Of a stretch of DNA of 64,000 nucleotides, positions 24,552-38,190 are shown in pieces. The notes under the pieces are model-generated. The model searched no databases. It was not told the DNA's origin and was given only the letters and a program-made list of their open reading frames with translations. Position numbers and translations under genes: made by a program. Where the stretch lies: positions 129,952,001 to 130,016,000 of the forward strand of contig NC_043001.1 in assembly GCF_006345805.1 (NCBI RefSeq), given 5' to 3'. This DNA is from Octopus sinensis (Eukaryota). Position 1 is the first letter of the stretch. Every line of letters begins with the position of its first letter.

Positions 24552-24918
24552 TCTATATATATAAAGCTGAAGTTGTCTGTGTATGGCAGGTTTGGTAGCC
24601 TACAACTAGCACTATCTCCTCCGAGACCCTACGGCACAAGTTGACCAAAATTGAGAGTATGATAGAAGAAGGCTTGCTCTTCCTTCCGTAGAAGAAAAAA
24701 TTCAAATTGGACCATGTTAACACCAACAGTTATTTACATCAGAAAGGTACTTTTTTTCTATCAAAATCCCTATTTTTTTACGATTTTTTGACTGTCGCCA
24801 TTTTTTGTGTATTTCAACCAGAAAAATGTCCACTTAAAGAGAATAACAACCTACATAATGCAAAATTTTTACTTTTCAATAATTCCAATTCTAAAGCAAC
24901 GCCAAGTGATACTGCTAG
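24552..24918 (+). mobile_element. Non-autonomous Helitron
   Basis: A|TC(TA)n...CTAG|T termini, no TSD. Confidence 0.75.
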
Positions 24919-25418
24919 TATATACATATATATATATTATATATATATATACACATGTATGCATATATATATACACATACATGTATGCATATATATATGT
25001 ATACATATATATATATATATGAATACATATATATATGTATACATATATATATATATATATGTATACATATATATATGTGTATACATATATATATATATAT
25101 GTATACATATATATATATGTGTGTATACATATATATATATATATGTGTATACATATATATATATATATATATGTGTATATATATATATGTGTGTATACAT
25201 ATATATATGTGTGTATACATATATATATGTGTGTATACATATATATATGTGTGTATACATATATATATATGTGTGTATACATATATATATATGTGCGTAT
25301 ACATATATATATATGTGCGTATACATATATATATGTATGTATGTATATATATATATATGTATGAATATATGTATGTATATATATATGTGTGTGTGTATAT
25401 ATATGTGTATGTGTGTAT

Positions 25419-25465
<47 letters not shown>

Positions 25466-25470
25466 GCATT
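24919..25470. repeat. Complex (TA)n/(TG)n microsatellite with higher-order unit like atatatatgtgtgtatac
   Basis: Directly visible. Confidence 0.97.
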
Positions 25471-26529
25471 TATCTATCATCAAATTCAACCAAAACATCT
25501 TGTCCATACATACTGACTAAACACTAGTTTTAAATATGGGAGTGGAGTGAAGGGAAAAAAATATGCATAAGGGAAGTGTGGGTGCAGAAAAGTAAGGGAC
25601 AAAAAAAGTAAGGGACATGGAAGTTGGGTGAGACCTATAGATGCCAAAATTATTAGGAGCCAGCTGGCTCTTTGCTTTCATTCATTTGAAATATGCAGAA
25701 GAGAATGATTGGGTGTAGAGGGAGGATACAGGATGTGAGGGAAGAGATGTGAGGGAGAGTGAGACAAGAGGAACGAGCAAGGAGAGCAGGGAACTAGCAA
25801 CTATAGTTGTACTTGACTTACTTACTTAGGGTAGATGTGGGTGGGGATGAAGTTTAGTGGATGAAATTAGAAGTAGTAGTAGGAGGGTAAAACTGGTACA
25901 GCAGAAGGTGGGAAGCAATGGCTGAGTCACATGTTTGTTATTATTCTCAGAATAGTAGCTTGATATGTATAAAGGCAAGGAACCATTAAGGAAGACAGAG
26001 AGAGAAATTTCTCCAGCCATGTCCTTATGTCCACTACATAAATAAATCTCTGTCCCTCTGTTTCACTTTCCTTACTTTCACTTTCTGTTCTGACCTGCAA
26101 CACAAGGCAAGCTGACCCTACACCATCACATTGATATGCTGCGAGTAATAAATGCATATATCAAAGCATATACAAACATGCATATAGCTATTGTCACATC
26201 TCCATACCCCAGCCAGACCGAACCCAACCCATTCCCTTATGTCCATCTTCCTTATTCTGCTTTGGCTATTATAAAGGATTGGTCACCAACTAATCCCTTG
26301 GCAGTTGGACTTTAGAAGTGCCCAGCAGTGTGGCTGCAGTAAGGTGTGGGTGTCAAGGAAAGAGATAAGGTTCAGAATGAGAGACAGAAAGAGAGAGGAG
26401 AGGGAGAGAGGGAGAGGTGAAGCAGAGGAAGTGACCAACAGGAGTAGAGCAGGAAGGTAAGCAAAGCAAGGACAATTAATGACTTCAGTGACCACTACTA
26501 AAGCCTGACATTGTGTCTGAGGATAAGAG

Positions 26530-26750
26530 TAGCTGAAGGCTACTGCTGCACTTGATCTATCAAAGACTTCCTATGCCATCTCCAAACCAATAAAATGCGA
26601 TTAGTAATTGGTAAACTAATCATGCTCCAACGACTGCTTTTGGAGAAGGGACTCTGCTTAGTAGTATTACACATTAGACTGAAGTGTGAATGATTTGGGT
26701 ACTAATGTACTTTCTACCTCGCTGATGACTCAAACGTATCCAAGAACATC
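26530..26750 (+). pseudogene. Highly decayed non-LTR reverse transcriptase remnant
   Basis: AALDLSKTSYAIS (like ALDLSKAFD) at about 26545 and FYLADDS (like FADD) at about 26713. Stops and indels lie between them. Confidence 0.45.
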
Positions 26751-28166
26751 CACAAACACATACACCTATAGATATGCACCCACTCCGTCACACACATGCA
26801 CACGCAAACACACACACACACACCAATCATCTAAACACCAATGACCTTTCACACCTCCTTCCTTTTCCTACTAATCAAGATAGTTTTACTTTTGTGATAC
26901 AATGCTACTGACCAGTAGTAATAAGGGAGAAATTGCTGGAGGGATAATTTTGAATATCAGCAGCTCTATGTACTTTGGCTTGTGTCTGCGTTGGTATAAA
27001 TGATACATACATACATACATACATACATACACATACATACATACATACATACATACATACATACATGCATGCATGCATGCATACAAACAGACAGACATGT
27101 AAGCATGCATACATTCTAAGTATAAGTGTATGACTGCAAAATGTCAGAGTGCTAAGTAGAAAGATTTCTTATGGATAAGACAGAGTGAGAAATTTAGGGT
27201 ATCTTATTGCTATTAACAATGATGGATTGGATAGCAGTCTCATGGGCAAATAAGGAATGGGGGTTGGGAAAGGATAAAATAAAAATAGCGAGGGGACCAT
27301 AACTTTTGGAGAAAGAGGGAGAAAGAGCAGGGAGAGAAATGAGGGAGAGAAAACTGAGATAAGAAAATCTGAACAAAAGAAAATATATATGTATATGTGT
27401 GTGCACGTGTATGTGTGTGTGTGTGTGAAGAAACAAAAAAACTAAAAGAAGAGAAAGTAAAATAAACTCTGCTCCTTCCTTGATGAATGGCAAAAAGTGA
27501 CAATGGGATAATTTCAGAAGATAATTGACAGTTTAGGATAAAAGTTGACCAAGTTATTAGACAGAGCTATATAAAAAAAAGAAGAAAAAAGCACTAAAAA
27601 ACTCTGTGTTTATGTATGTGTGTGTGTGTATGTATGTGCAGTGCGTGTGCATGTGGAGAGAGAGGGAGAAAAAGAGACAGAGGGTTTGAACACAGGGTAT
27701 GTGGCAGGCCTATTGATTGGTTTATCTTCATAGATAAATAAACACAGCTTATTGTTTAGTTTGGGTCTGTTCCAGATTTCTGTTCAAAACACAATAAGAA
27801 AAAGAAGACAAAAAATAACAGTAATAATTGACCATGCAGAGTACACAGTAAATAAGCATGTAGCTTCATTGTCCAGAGCACAGAAATAAAGCTTTTTTTC
27901 GTGTGTGCAGCATATCTGTACTTAAATAAATAAATAAATAAATAAAAAGAACATTTGTATCACAGAATATATATATTTATAGAGTTGACCAAAAGTGTGT
28001 GCATGTGTGTGTATATGTGTGAGAGTATGGCTCACATGCACACAAATGGCATAACAGTGACAAACATCCATTTTATAGAGGACTATACACTTGGCTTTTG
28101 GAACAGTATTTAGATGTATGTGACAAGATAAGCAAGAATACTTGTGTTCATAGACATATATATATA

Positions 28167-28216
<50 letters not shown>

Positions 28217-28319
28217 CTCCTTCTTCCCTTCTTTCCTGAGCGTCCAATAATACTTTATTTGTTCCACATCCTCGCATTGTTGTCTTTTTGTGTTTTCTTG
28301 TTTGGATTAACTTTATATA

Positions 28320-28363
<44 letters not shown>

Positions 28364-28460
28364 AATAATAATAATATTAGGGAGTATAACTCCAAACTTA
28401 CAGGGAAAATTTCAATTTAGTATTAGATCAAATTTTACAATATAAATATATTAAATATAA

Positions 28461-28753
28461 ATTAGAGATAAAAGCACTATTATGCAACTCAAACAGTGAT
28501 AGACATAAACCAAAACAAAAATAACAAATAATATATATTTTTATAAAACATATAACTTATAGCTAGATCTGAAAAAGTATAAAAATGAATGATCAATGTA
28601 TAATAAGTAATAAGTAATTGATCATTCACTTTTATACTTTTTGAGATCTAGTTATAAGTTATATGTTTTATAAAAATATATATTATTTGTTTTTTATGTT
28701 TTGGTTTATGTCTATCACTGTTTGAGTTGCATAATAGTGCTTTTATCTCTAAT
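28461..28753. repeat. Long inverted repeat, about 137-bp arms with 19-nt loop
   Basis: 28461-28597 is the near-perfect reverse complement of 28617-28753. Confidence 0.95.
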
Positions 28754-28780
28754 ATATATATATATGTATGTATGTGTATG

Positions 28781-28810
<30 letters not shown>

Positions 28811-28811
<1 letters not shown>

Positions 28812-29086
28812 TAAATAAAATGAGACAACAAAACCAAGGCTGTGTGGAATTTATAGGATATTTATAAAGAGAAAGGTAGTCTTACAGCTGTTTCTGGGAT
28901 ATCCTTTCATCAGAGATGATATGAAAGAGGTAACAAGAGGGAAATAGTATAGTTAACTCTCTCACATCGTCTCTGATGAAGGGATATCCCTAATATCCCA
29001 GAAACAGCTGTAAGACTACCTTTCTTTTTATAAATGTCCTATAAATTCCACACAACCTTGGCTTTGTTGTCTCATTTTATTTAACA
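28811..29086. mobile_element. Fold-back Penelope-like terminal fragment
   Basis: Arms of about 105-115 bp in inverted orientation, each with a hammerhead core. Inserted between (TG)n and (TA)n. Confidence 0.8.
28969..29016 (+). ncRNA. Minimal type I hammerhead ribozyme
   Basis: GUCU-CUGAUGA-A-GGGAUAU[cccua]AUAUCCC-A-GAAA-CAGCUG-UA-AGAC. Stem I GUCU/AGAC, 7-bp stem II, palindromic helix III ACAGCUGU, GUA cleavage triplet. Confidence 0.78.
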
Positions 29087-29231
29087 TATACATACTCACA
29101 CAAGATCTGCATCAGGCTCCTCACTCATATTATTATTGAACCCAGAGTCTATGGTCCTCCTGTAGCACTTACATGGCTTTACCTGCCACCTTGGGTCTTC
29201 TGGATACCAATACCTCTCATATATATATATA

Positions 29232-30012
29232 CTAGCATTATGACCCGTCTTTGCCAGTGCTAGTGCATGTATATATGTGTATATATATGTTTACATATTA
29301 CATGTACATCTATATATATATACATCTACACATAAAATACAAAATACAAAGTTATATCTTGATATTGCTAGTGATAACAATACTGAAAATATATAACAGA
29401 CTGGAATTGTAGGACTATTCCATTTCTGCACGCTATTTTTAATTTATTCCCATTCATGTGAAACCACTTATTCAAGTTCAAGTCATTGATGCAATTTTAT
29501 ACCAATAGCTATTTTTACTTTTGTTATGTTACGATTATATTATACTTTAGTTTGATTTTAATTATTACTTACTACATATAATTCAATTGTTATTATTATC
29601 TCTAATTTTTATTGTTAAAGTGAAAGTATCTGACATAAAATAGAGAAATGCTTTTGTTTCACTTTTAACACGTAATACTGAAATAGTGGAGAAGATATGA
29701 TATTTCTATGGGCTCGCCCTAGGCAAGAACTTGAACATTTTTTTGCCCATGAAACTACATGGACCCTAAGTAAGGCAGGTGTAAAATTTGAATGAAATTG
29801 GTTGTGTAGTTCTCAAGTTGTAGGGAATCGTAGTAGAGAAGATATGATATTGATGTGGGCTCGCCCTAGGCAAAAAGTTCAAAATGTTTTTTGCCGATGA
29901 CACTCCCCGGACCCTAAGTAAGGCATGTGTAAAATTTGAATGAAATTGGTTGTGTAGTTCTCAAGTTTTAGGGAGACAGACAGACACACATTCTCAGTTT
30001 TATATATATAGA
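29232..30012 (-). mobile_element. Non-autonomous Helitron with internal 147-bp tandem repeat
   Basis: Minus strand begins TC(TA)n-aaactgagaatgtgtgtctgtctgtc and ends CTAG|T. Two internal units start at 29685 and 29832. Confidence 0.7.
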
Positions 30013-30231
30013 GAAGAGATATTTCGATTAGACATTGTGAGACTAATAGCCCAGTGTAGAACTCAATATATGTATACTTCAGAATGAAGTGTCAGCTAAG
30101 TATAAAGTGGTAATAAGAAAGAGAAATGACAAAGGAATAACTGATTATCTTATGGATTTCATTTTAGCTGATAAAGTTTGTTAGATAATCATTTATTCCT
30201 TTGTCATCGTGCGTTGACACAATATATTTCA

Positions 30232-31280
30232 TCATCATCATTTAGCATCTCTTGTCCATGCTGGCATGAGTTGGACGGTTTGACTGGGCTGGCATGCTGC
30301 ACCAGACACCAGTCTGATTTGGCATGGTTTTCTACGGATGGATGCCCTTCCTAACGCCAACCACTCCAAGAGTGTAATGGGTGCGTTTATGTGCCACTGA
30401 CATGGGTGCCATTTGTGTGACACTGGGGTATGTTTACATTCCACCAGCATGGGTGCCAATTTGTGTGACTCTGGTATCTGCCACAATTGCGATTTTGCTT
30501 GGCTTGATGGGTCTTCTTCTCAAGCATGACATAATGCCAAAAGTCTTGGTCATTGCTTCTGTGAGGCCCAAAACTCAAAACGAACTCAGCTACTTTGCCT
30601 CCATGAGGCCTAACATTCAAAAGATGTTCTTTACATGCCACCAGTACAGGTGCACTTGGCTTGACAGGTCCTCTCAAGCACAGCACATCACCAAAGGTCT
30701 CGGTCACTAGTAATTGCCTTTGTAAGGCTCTAAGTTCAAAGATCATGCGTCACCATCTTAACATTAGCTTCCTGGGTTTACCTCTACCACAGGTTCCCTC
30801 CACAGTTAGAGATCAGCACTTCTTTACACAGCTGCCCTTGCCCATACACATCACATGACCATACCAGTGCAGTCATCTCTCTTGCACACCACATCTGATT
30901 CCTCTTATGCCTAACTTTTCTCTCAAGATGCTTACACTCTATCAAACATGAACACTGACATTGCATATCCAGCGAAGCATACTGGCTTCATTTCTTTCAA
31001 GCCTATGCATGTCCTCAGCTGTTATAGCCCATGTTTCACTACCATGCAGCATAACTGTTTGCACACAGGCATCAAACAATCTGCCTTTCACTCTGAGAAA
31101 GAGGCACTTTGTTGCTAGCAGGGACAGGAGTTCTCTGAACTTTGCCCAGCCTAATCTTATTCTCACAGCTACGCTCTCAGAACATCCACCTCCACTACTA
31201 ACCTGGTCATCTAAATAATAGAAGCTGTCTACTACCTCTAGCTTGCCCCCACTGCACATTTTCAGTATAAAAGTTAGTTT
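30232..31280 (-). mobile_element. RTE-clade LINE, 5'-truncated (RT C-terminus, 3'UTR, (ATG)n tail)
   Basis: LEVVDSFYYLDDQVSSGGGCSESVAVRIRLGWAKFRELL...KGRLFDACVQTVMLHGSETW...ERNEASMLRW matches RTE ORF motifs (F.YLG, W..F, LYG.ETW, MLRW). Confidence 0.92.
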
Positions 31281-31674
31281 CCCTTTTAACCTTCTTCTGA
31301 TATTGTTGATTTGCATTGAACCCTGTGCTCAACTGTGCTTATTCCATTGACACCAAAAAAGATGAAAGGCAAAGTTGACCTCAGCGGAATTTGAACTCAG
31401 AAAGTAAAGATGGACGAATTACAACTAAACATTTTGTCCAGTGTGCTAACAATTCTGATAATAATGGTTATGACATCGATGATGAAAGCAGACAATATTA
31501 AAACATTTTCATGCTGTACAAGACCCTACATTGCTTTTATTTTTGAATTGGGAGCTGTTGTTTAGCTCTAGTTCAAGTGTGATAAAACTGACATGGTTAA
31601 AATCATTTCAACCATTACTATCCTGTCTGGTATGGAGTTATCTAGGACTACCTTATCTAATGTATCATTTACCC

Positions 31675-31987
31675 ATTTTTTTTTCGCCCTTTTCAAGCCT
31701 AGCCAGGCTCATGGGCCCGGTTTCCCGGTTTCTGTGGCATATGTGTTCCCCACAGCTGGACGGGATACCAGTCCATCGCAGCATTACTCAAGAAACAGGA
31801 AGAGAGAGTGAGAGAAAGTTGTAGTGAAAGAATACAACAGGGGTCTCCACCAGCCCCTGCCAGAGCCTCAGGGAGTTTTTAGGTGTTTTCGCTCAACAAA
31901 CACACACAACGCCTGGTCTGAGAATTGAAACCGCGATCCTCCAACTGCGAGTCTACAGCCCTAACCACTGGGCCATTGCGCCTCCAC
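31675..31987 (-). mobile_element. Family D SINE, tail type 2 (poly-A)
   Basis: D head, with 10-bp TSD tcatttaccc (31665-31674, 31988-31997). Confidence 0.9.
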
Positions 31988-32147
31988 TCATTTACCCTTG
32001 CATTATTTTAAAGTTAGATGCCTGTCAGTTAAGAGAGATTTAGCTGTTATTTTTAGCAGATCCTGTGACCATATAGAGTCTGTCACATTTTTTGTTTGTT
32101 TTGAACCAAGGATCTGGATTTGAAATATATTGCTGGTACCATCACGT

Positions 32148-32387
32148 GGTTGTCAAGCAATGCTAGGGGGACAAACATAGACACACAAACACACAAACAC
32201 ACACACGCATACATATATACATATATACGACAGGCTTCTTTCAGTTTCCATCTACCAAATCCACTCACAAGGCTTTGGTCGGCCTGAGGCTATAGTAGAA
32301 AACACTTGCCCAAGGTACCACGCAGTGGGACTGAACCCAGAACCATGTGGTTGGTAAACAAGCTACTTACCACACAGCCACTCCTGC
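32148..32387 (-). mobile_element. Family A SINE, 5' half
   Basis: Head and CORE-like body present, tail missing. Confidence 0.88.
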
Positions 32388-32590
32388 ACTATGGTCATGG
32401 TTGGAATGTTTTTAATCATAGGACTGCATGGTCAAGGCTGGCCTGGGAGTAAAACAGTGACAACTTTGTTACAAAAGAAACAACAAAGTTAATAATCACA
32501 GTTTTCAAAAATAATCTTTCCATACTCAGACATTAAGTATCAGAACTTCAAGGGATTGAGCCATTGATAAAAATCTATTGGATTATTTAA

Positions 32591-32811
32591 CCCTTTCATT
32601 ACTGTATTTATTTTGAGATGCTCTGTGTTTCTTTCAATTACTTTAAATATAACAAAGAATTTAGTAAAATAACTTAGTTATCATTAAGCTTGTATTAGGA
32701 ACATAAATTGTGACTAAGGTTTGGTGGAAGATTTTAATTGAAACCTTAAGAAAACAAGACATTTGTACAACAGTGCCAGAGCCAGTTTCAGCTGGGTTGG
32801 TAACAAAAGGG
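32591..32811. mobile_element. piggyBac-type MITE, second family
   Basis: ttaa|ccctttcattac ... gtaacaaaaggg|ttaa. Confidence 0.8.
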
Positions 32812-34489
32812 TTAATTGGTATTGATTTTATAGGCCGTGGCTAAGTTGATCTTGGTGAGATTTGAACTGCAAAATATTTTGTTAGGTGCTCTACTAAGTC
32901 TACCAGCGCTAACTAAAATCAACAACAACAACAACTAAGTTCACGGAGGTATGAAGTCTGTTTTACAGATGCATGAAGCTCGAAACTTTTATTGGTGGGG
33001 CAGATATGATATTTTGACATTCATGCCGTTCTCAGTGCTAGACAAGTACTTATCTCTCCCTTGATGTGAAGTAGTGTTTGGTGTATCATGTAAAGAGAAA
33101 TACCTTTGTGAACTAGTCAGCATGTATCATCAGTCATGGTCATGAGCACTGGTCTCCAACCTATGGAGCTCTCTCTTATGGCTCACAAAAATTGGTAGTG
33201 CACACCAATGGCCATACTATGGTAAGTGACTTCAGCTAGTGTACAAAAACTAAGTGAGTCATCAGCAATTTTGAAAGGCTTGCTGTACAAGGGACATCAT
33301 CCCTTAAGTGAAATGGCAGAGGAGGCCAATATGGTCAATGGTTTAAAAGGGCTAACAACAAGATGTATGCTACATCTATGGAACTCCCTTGACAAAATAC
33401 AGACTTGTAACCATCCTGCATGGAATGGATCTAGACCCCCCACCTTGATCATAATTGCACAAACAAAAAATCATAGGTCTTAGAATAAAGATCTTTGATA
33501 TTCAACCTGCTGAGAGCAGATGACACCTAAGAATAGCATAGCTATGAAGTCAGAACACAAGTAAATATTTTCAACTACAGCCAAAAAGTATCCAAAAGCA
33601 ACTTTTCTGCCTTATTCAGAGTATATCTCGGACTATGTCTAATATATGTCCTCCCTTTTTCAATGCAGCAGGCTGTGGTTTGAGGGAGATTTAGTTGCTA
33701 TTTTGAGCAGCTTAAGTAAGCATATACAAGCCCTCTTGTAGGTTTTTTTCCAGTGCTCTGCATTCACTGCTTTGAGACTTACACAAATATATAATAGTTT
33801 GTTTAGCAAAGAACAACATGGTAAATAAGTAAAGCCGTCAATCGAACAAATTTCGTGGTCATTGACATAAACCACATTTAAAACATTTACTGGTCATCAT
33901 TAGATATTACTACAGTAAGTTCCTATTGATATCAATTTGTTAATATTTCTCAAATAATTAAAGGCTGTCTTTAGCATTATTCAAAAGAACTGTTTGTACA
34001 ACTGTTACTAGTACTACTAATTCTCGTCAATGAGCAATATTAGTAATGTTATTTTGCTAAGATTTCTCATGCAATTAGGATGTGCTTTCAGATTCATCCC
34101 CACTGCATTACTCCTTGGGCAAGTGTCTTCTACTATAACTCCTGGCCAACCAATGCCTTGTGAATGAATTTGGTAGATGAAAACTATATGGCAGCCTGTC
34201 ATGTGTACATGTGTGTGTGTGTCTTTATGTTTGTTTATCCCCCACCACGACCACTTGACAACTGGTCTTGGTTTGTCTGTCCTAGTAACTTAGTGGTTCA
34301 ACAAAAAGACATAAATGGAATAAGTACTAAACTTTACAAATATCGGAACTGGAGTCAATTTGTTTGACTAATCCCTTCTAGGTGATGCCTTGGTATGATC
34401 ACAGTCCAAAGACTGAAACAAATAAAAACCAATAGATATATAATAAACCAGAAAATGCAGGTCAGTTTTATTCTTGATAAAGGCTTTGC

Positions 34490-34723
34490 TATTTCTTTAT
34501 TGCCCACAAGGGGCTAAACATAGAGGGGACAAATAAGGACAGACAAAGGGATTAAGTCGATTACATCAACCCCCAGTGCATAACTGGTACTTAATTTATC
34601 GACCCCGAAGGGATGAAAGGCAAAGTCGACCTAGGCGGAATTTGAACTCAGAACGTAACGGCAGACGAAATACCACTAAGCATTTCGCCCGGAATGCTAA
34701 CGTTTCTGCCAGCTCGCCGCCTC
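34490..34723 (-). mobile_element. Family B SINE, young full copy
   Basis: 18-bp TSD tcttgataaaggctttgc (34472-34489, 34724-34741). Confidence 0.93.
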
Positions 34724-34894
34724 TCTTGATAAAGGCTTTGCACCTAAATCAAAGATATATTCTTAAGTAAATGCTGTTGTAGATGATAAAGTGGTGATGG
34801 TAGTGATAATAGTATTCAGTTGCCTTATTAAATCTGGAATTTGCTTGAGTAACAAACCCACCCACTTGTCCATCCGTTCATCTATCCATCCATC

Positions 34895-35033
34895 TGTCTA
34901 TCTATCTATCTATCTATCTATCTATCAATTATCTATCTTTCTATCTACCTATCTATCTATCAATTATCTATTTATCTATCTATCTATCTACCTATCTATC
35001 AATTATCTATCTATCTACCTACCAACCTACCTA

Positions 35034-35071
<38 letters not shown>

Positions 35072-35080
35072 CCTACCTAT
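34895..35080. repeat. (TATC)n / (TACC)n tetranucleotide microsatellite
   Basis: Directly visible. Confidence 0.95.
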
Positions 35081-36031
35081 TTCCCCATCGGTTTGTTTTG
35101 CTATCCAACTATCAATTTCTGCGGTTTGTTATGCCAATCCATTTCATAGCAAAATATGTGTAGAGTCTATATATTTTGTTTTTAAAATATATGCATGTGT
35201 GCACATGAAAGTTTCACAATAACAGGAATAATAAAAGATATGTTTACAGGGAAACAAAACAACTGCAAATGCTGGATGGTAAAATAAAATTTAACAACCT
35301 TCTGACTATATTTATTTCAAATGCAAGAAAACAAAAAAAAAAAGGGAGAAATAAGCTAGAACAATAATAACAACAACAAAGAGGTTGGGCATATTGGTAC
35401 AAAATGCACTTTATCAGCTTCTTTTAAGGTAAAAAAATAAAATAATGGAGCGAGGGTGGGGAACGGATAAGAGATATAGTACTGGATAATAAGCATTCAT
35501 GCAGTAGATGTCGTCTTTGAATGGAAACGAGAGATGAACAGAAGCCGGTGTGTATGGATGAATACACACAGTAAAATACATTAACAACTACGTCATATAT
35601 ATATACATAGATTACATACATATTGTATACATACACCCAAGCACACCTCCCTCCACACATATATACACATATATAGAATACATGTGTGTGTGTGTGCATA
35701 ACAATAAAACATTAGACAAATGGAAACGGAAATGTTTCAGTGTGTTGTGTATGTCCATGTTCATATGCTAATCTATCGAGTCAATTAATGAACGCATAAA
35801 GAATACATATACTAAAGCAACATTTATATCGGATTTTTAAGTAAAGTTTTTAATATATAAAGGAAGATTTCCTCAACAGTATGTATATATGTATTATAAT
35901 ATACATATATAAATATGTTTGCAAGATATTTCATTTTTCACTCTTCTCTCTGCCTAATATATTTTTTCTTCAAAACTCATATATACAGTATATACAGTCA
36001 AAAGTACATTGTGCCTGTGTATGCATAAGTG

Positions 36032-36315
<284 letters not shown>

Positions 36316-37554
36316 CACACTTATAATGCCTATTGTCATGCTTATTCTATTGTTAAGATAAATTATATACATAAACAAAAAAGCTTGGTGTTTCAGCAGT
36401 TTCTTGGTTCAGCTCAAAAGATGTCACTCAAGTATATATGAATATAAACTAGGTTGCAACCTAGAAATTGTAATTAAGTATTGAAAAGGAGCTTTGTGTT
36501 TGGCTAAGGGTTATTGCTATAAGGGGTTTGCAAAGTCAGAACAGGGTTAATCTGTACATCTGCAAAATCTTTTGTTTCGGATTTATGGATCAAATTCTGA
36601 ACCGAACTATTTCCACTCCTTTTTCCCTTTTGCACTAAAATAATATAAAAGAAAGAAAGAAAGAAAGAAAGATTGGTAGAGCAAACGAGATAAAGAAGGC
36701 CAAAAAAAAAAAAAAAAGAATAAATAAAAGTGCTCGGGAAGAAGGTAAAACAAAAAGGCAAAAAAAAAAAAAATTTTATGACGGTTTGCTATTGAGATAG
36801 ATGCAGAGCTCCTAAGTAAACGCAGACGGAGAGAATTGTTGACAAGCAATTATCCTTTCCTTGGAGCCAATTAATAGGATGCAAGCAACCAGATGAAGAA
36901 ATCATTTTATTTCATCAAAAAGATATTGAATTTTCAAAGACAGATAAAAATCATCAAAAAGCGTTGCGACTAAATTCTTTGCATCACACACTTCAGTACC
37001 TTTGTTTTACATTCTTAAGAATTATCCACTTATTTATTATGTCTTTTAGAGAAAAAGGAAACCAAAAGAGAAATAGTCTATATACATTTTATTTATTTTT
37101 CATTTTGGTATGATATACATGTATAGTTTTTTTTATATATATACTGAAACATAACAGCTGAAAAAAATATAGGATAAAAACTTTTTAAAAATGGGCAATA
37201 ACAAAACCAATTTATGTAATACACTTTCTAACCTTTGTGTTACAAACAGTGAAGATGATGCTATTCAGATATCATCCAATACAAGATAAGCATAGAAGAG
37301 CATCAACTACCGAGAACAATTATATCTTATTTGTTTAGATATATCTATTGCAATCAATTTAGGGTATTAGAATGGAAATATTCGGCTAAGTTTTGTATGG
37401 ATTCTGTTGCTTTTGTAAGTTATATATATTTATATTTAGCAGAAGCAACAGAATAACTCATGAGTTGAGAGTTTTGTGCATTTGATAAGTGTCAATACAT
37501 GAAACTCTCAGCCCCTGAGTCACACTATGGCTTCTGCTAAATATCTGAAAAAAA

Positions 37555-37643
37555 AATACCTATATATATATAGTGTACAACAAAAATATTTAATATCTAC
37601 ACACCCAACACTCACATACACATATATATATATATATATACAT

Positions 37644-37678
<35 letters not shown>

Positions 37679-37681
37679 CAT

Positions 37682-37712
<31 letters not shown>

Positions 37713-37715
37713 CAT

Positions 37716-37748
<33 letters not shown>

Positions 37749-37896
37749 CATACACACACACACATATATATATACACACATACATATATATACATACATA
37801 TACATACATACACACATACATACACATACATATATATACATACATATATATACATACACACACACACACCACACATATATATATATATATATACAT

Positions 37897-37929
<33 letters not shown>

Positions 37930-37932
37930 CAT

Positions 37933-37963
<31 letters not shown>

Positions 37964-37988
37964 ATACATACACACACACACATATATA

Positions 37989-38021
<33 letters not shown>

Positions 38022-38048
38022 CATACATACACACATACATACACATAC

Positions 38049-38079
<31 letters not shown>

Positions 38080-38190
38080 CACACACACACATATATATAT
38101 ATATGTACATACACACACATACATATATATATATATACACAGACATACACACACATACATACACACAAACACACACACACACATACATAC
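37555..38190. repeat. Compound (TA)n(CA)n(TACA)n microsatellite
   Basis: Directly visible. Confidence 0.97.

Noticed and set aside
24707-25527. Long Y/I/C/V/H/T-rich ORFs here and at 35881-36441, 37520-38194 and 59504-60694
   Set aside because: They are dinucleotide-repeat translations with no coding signal.
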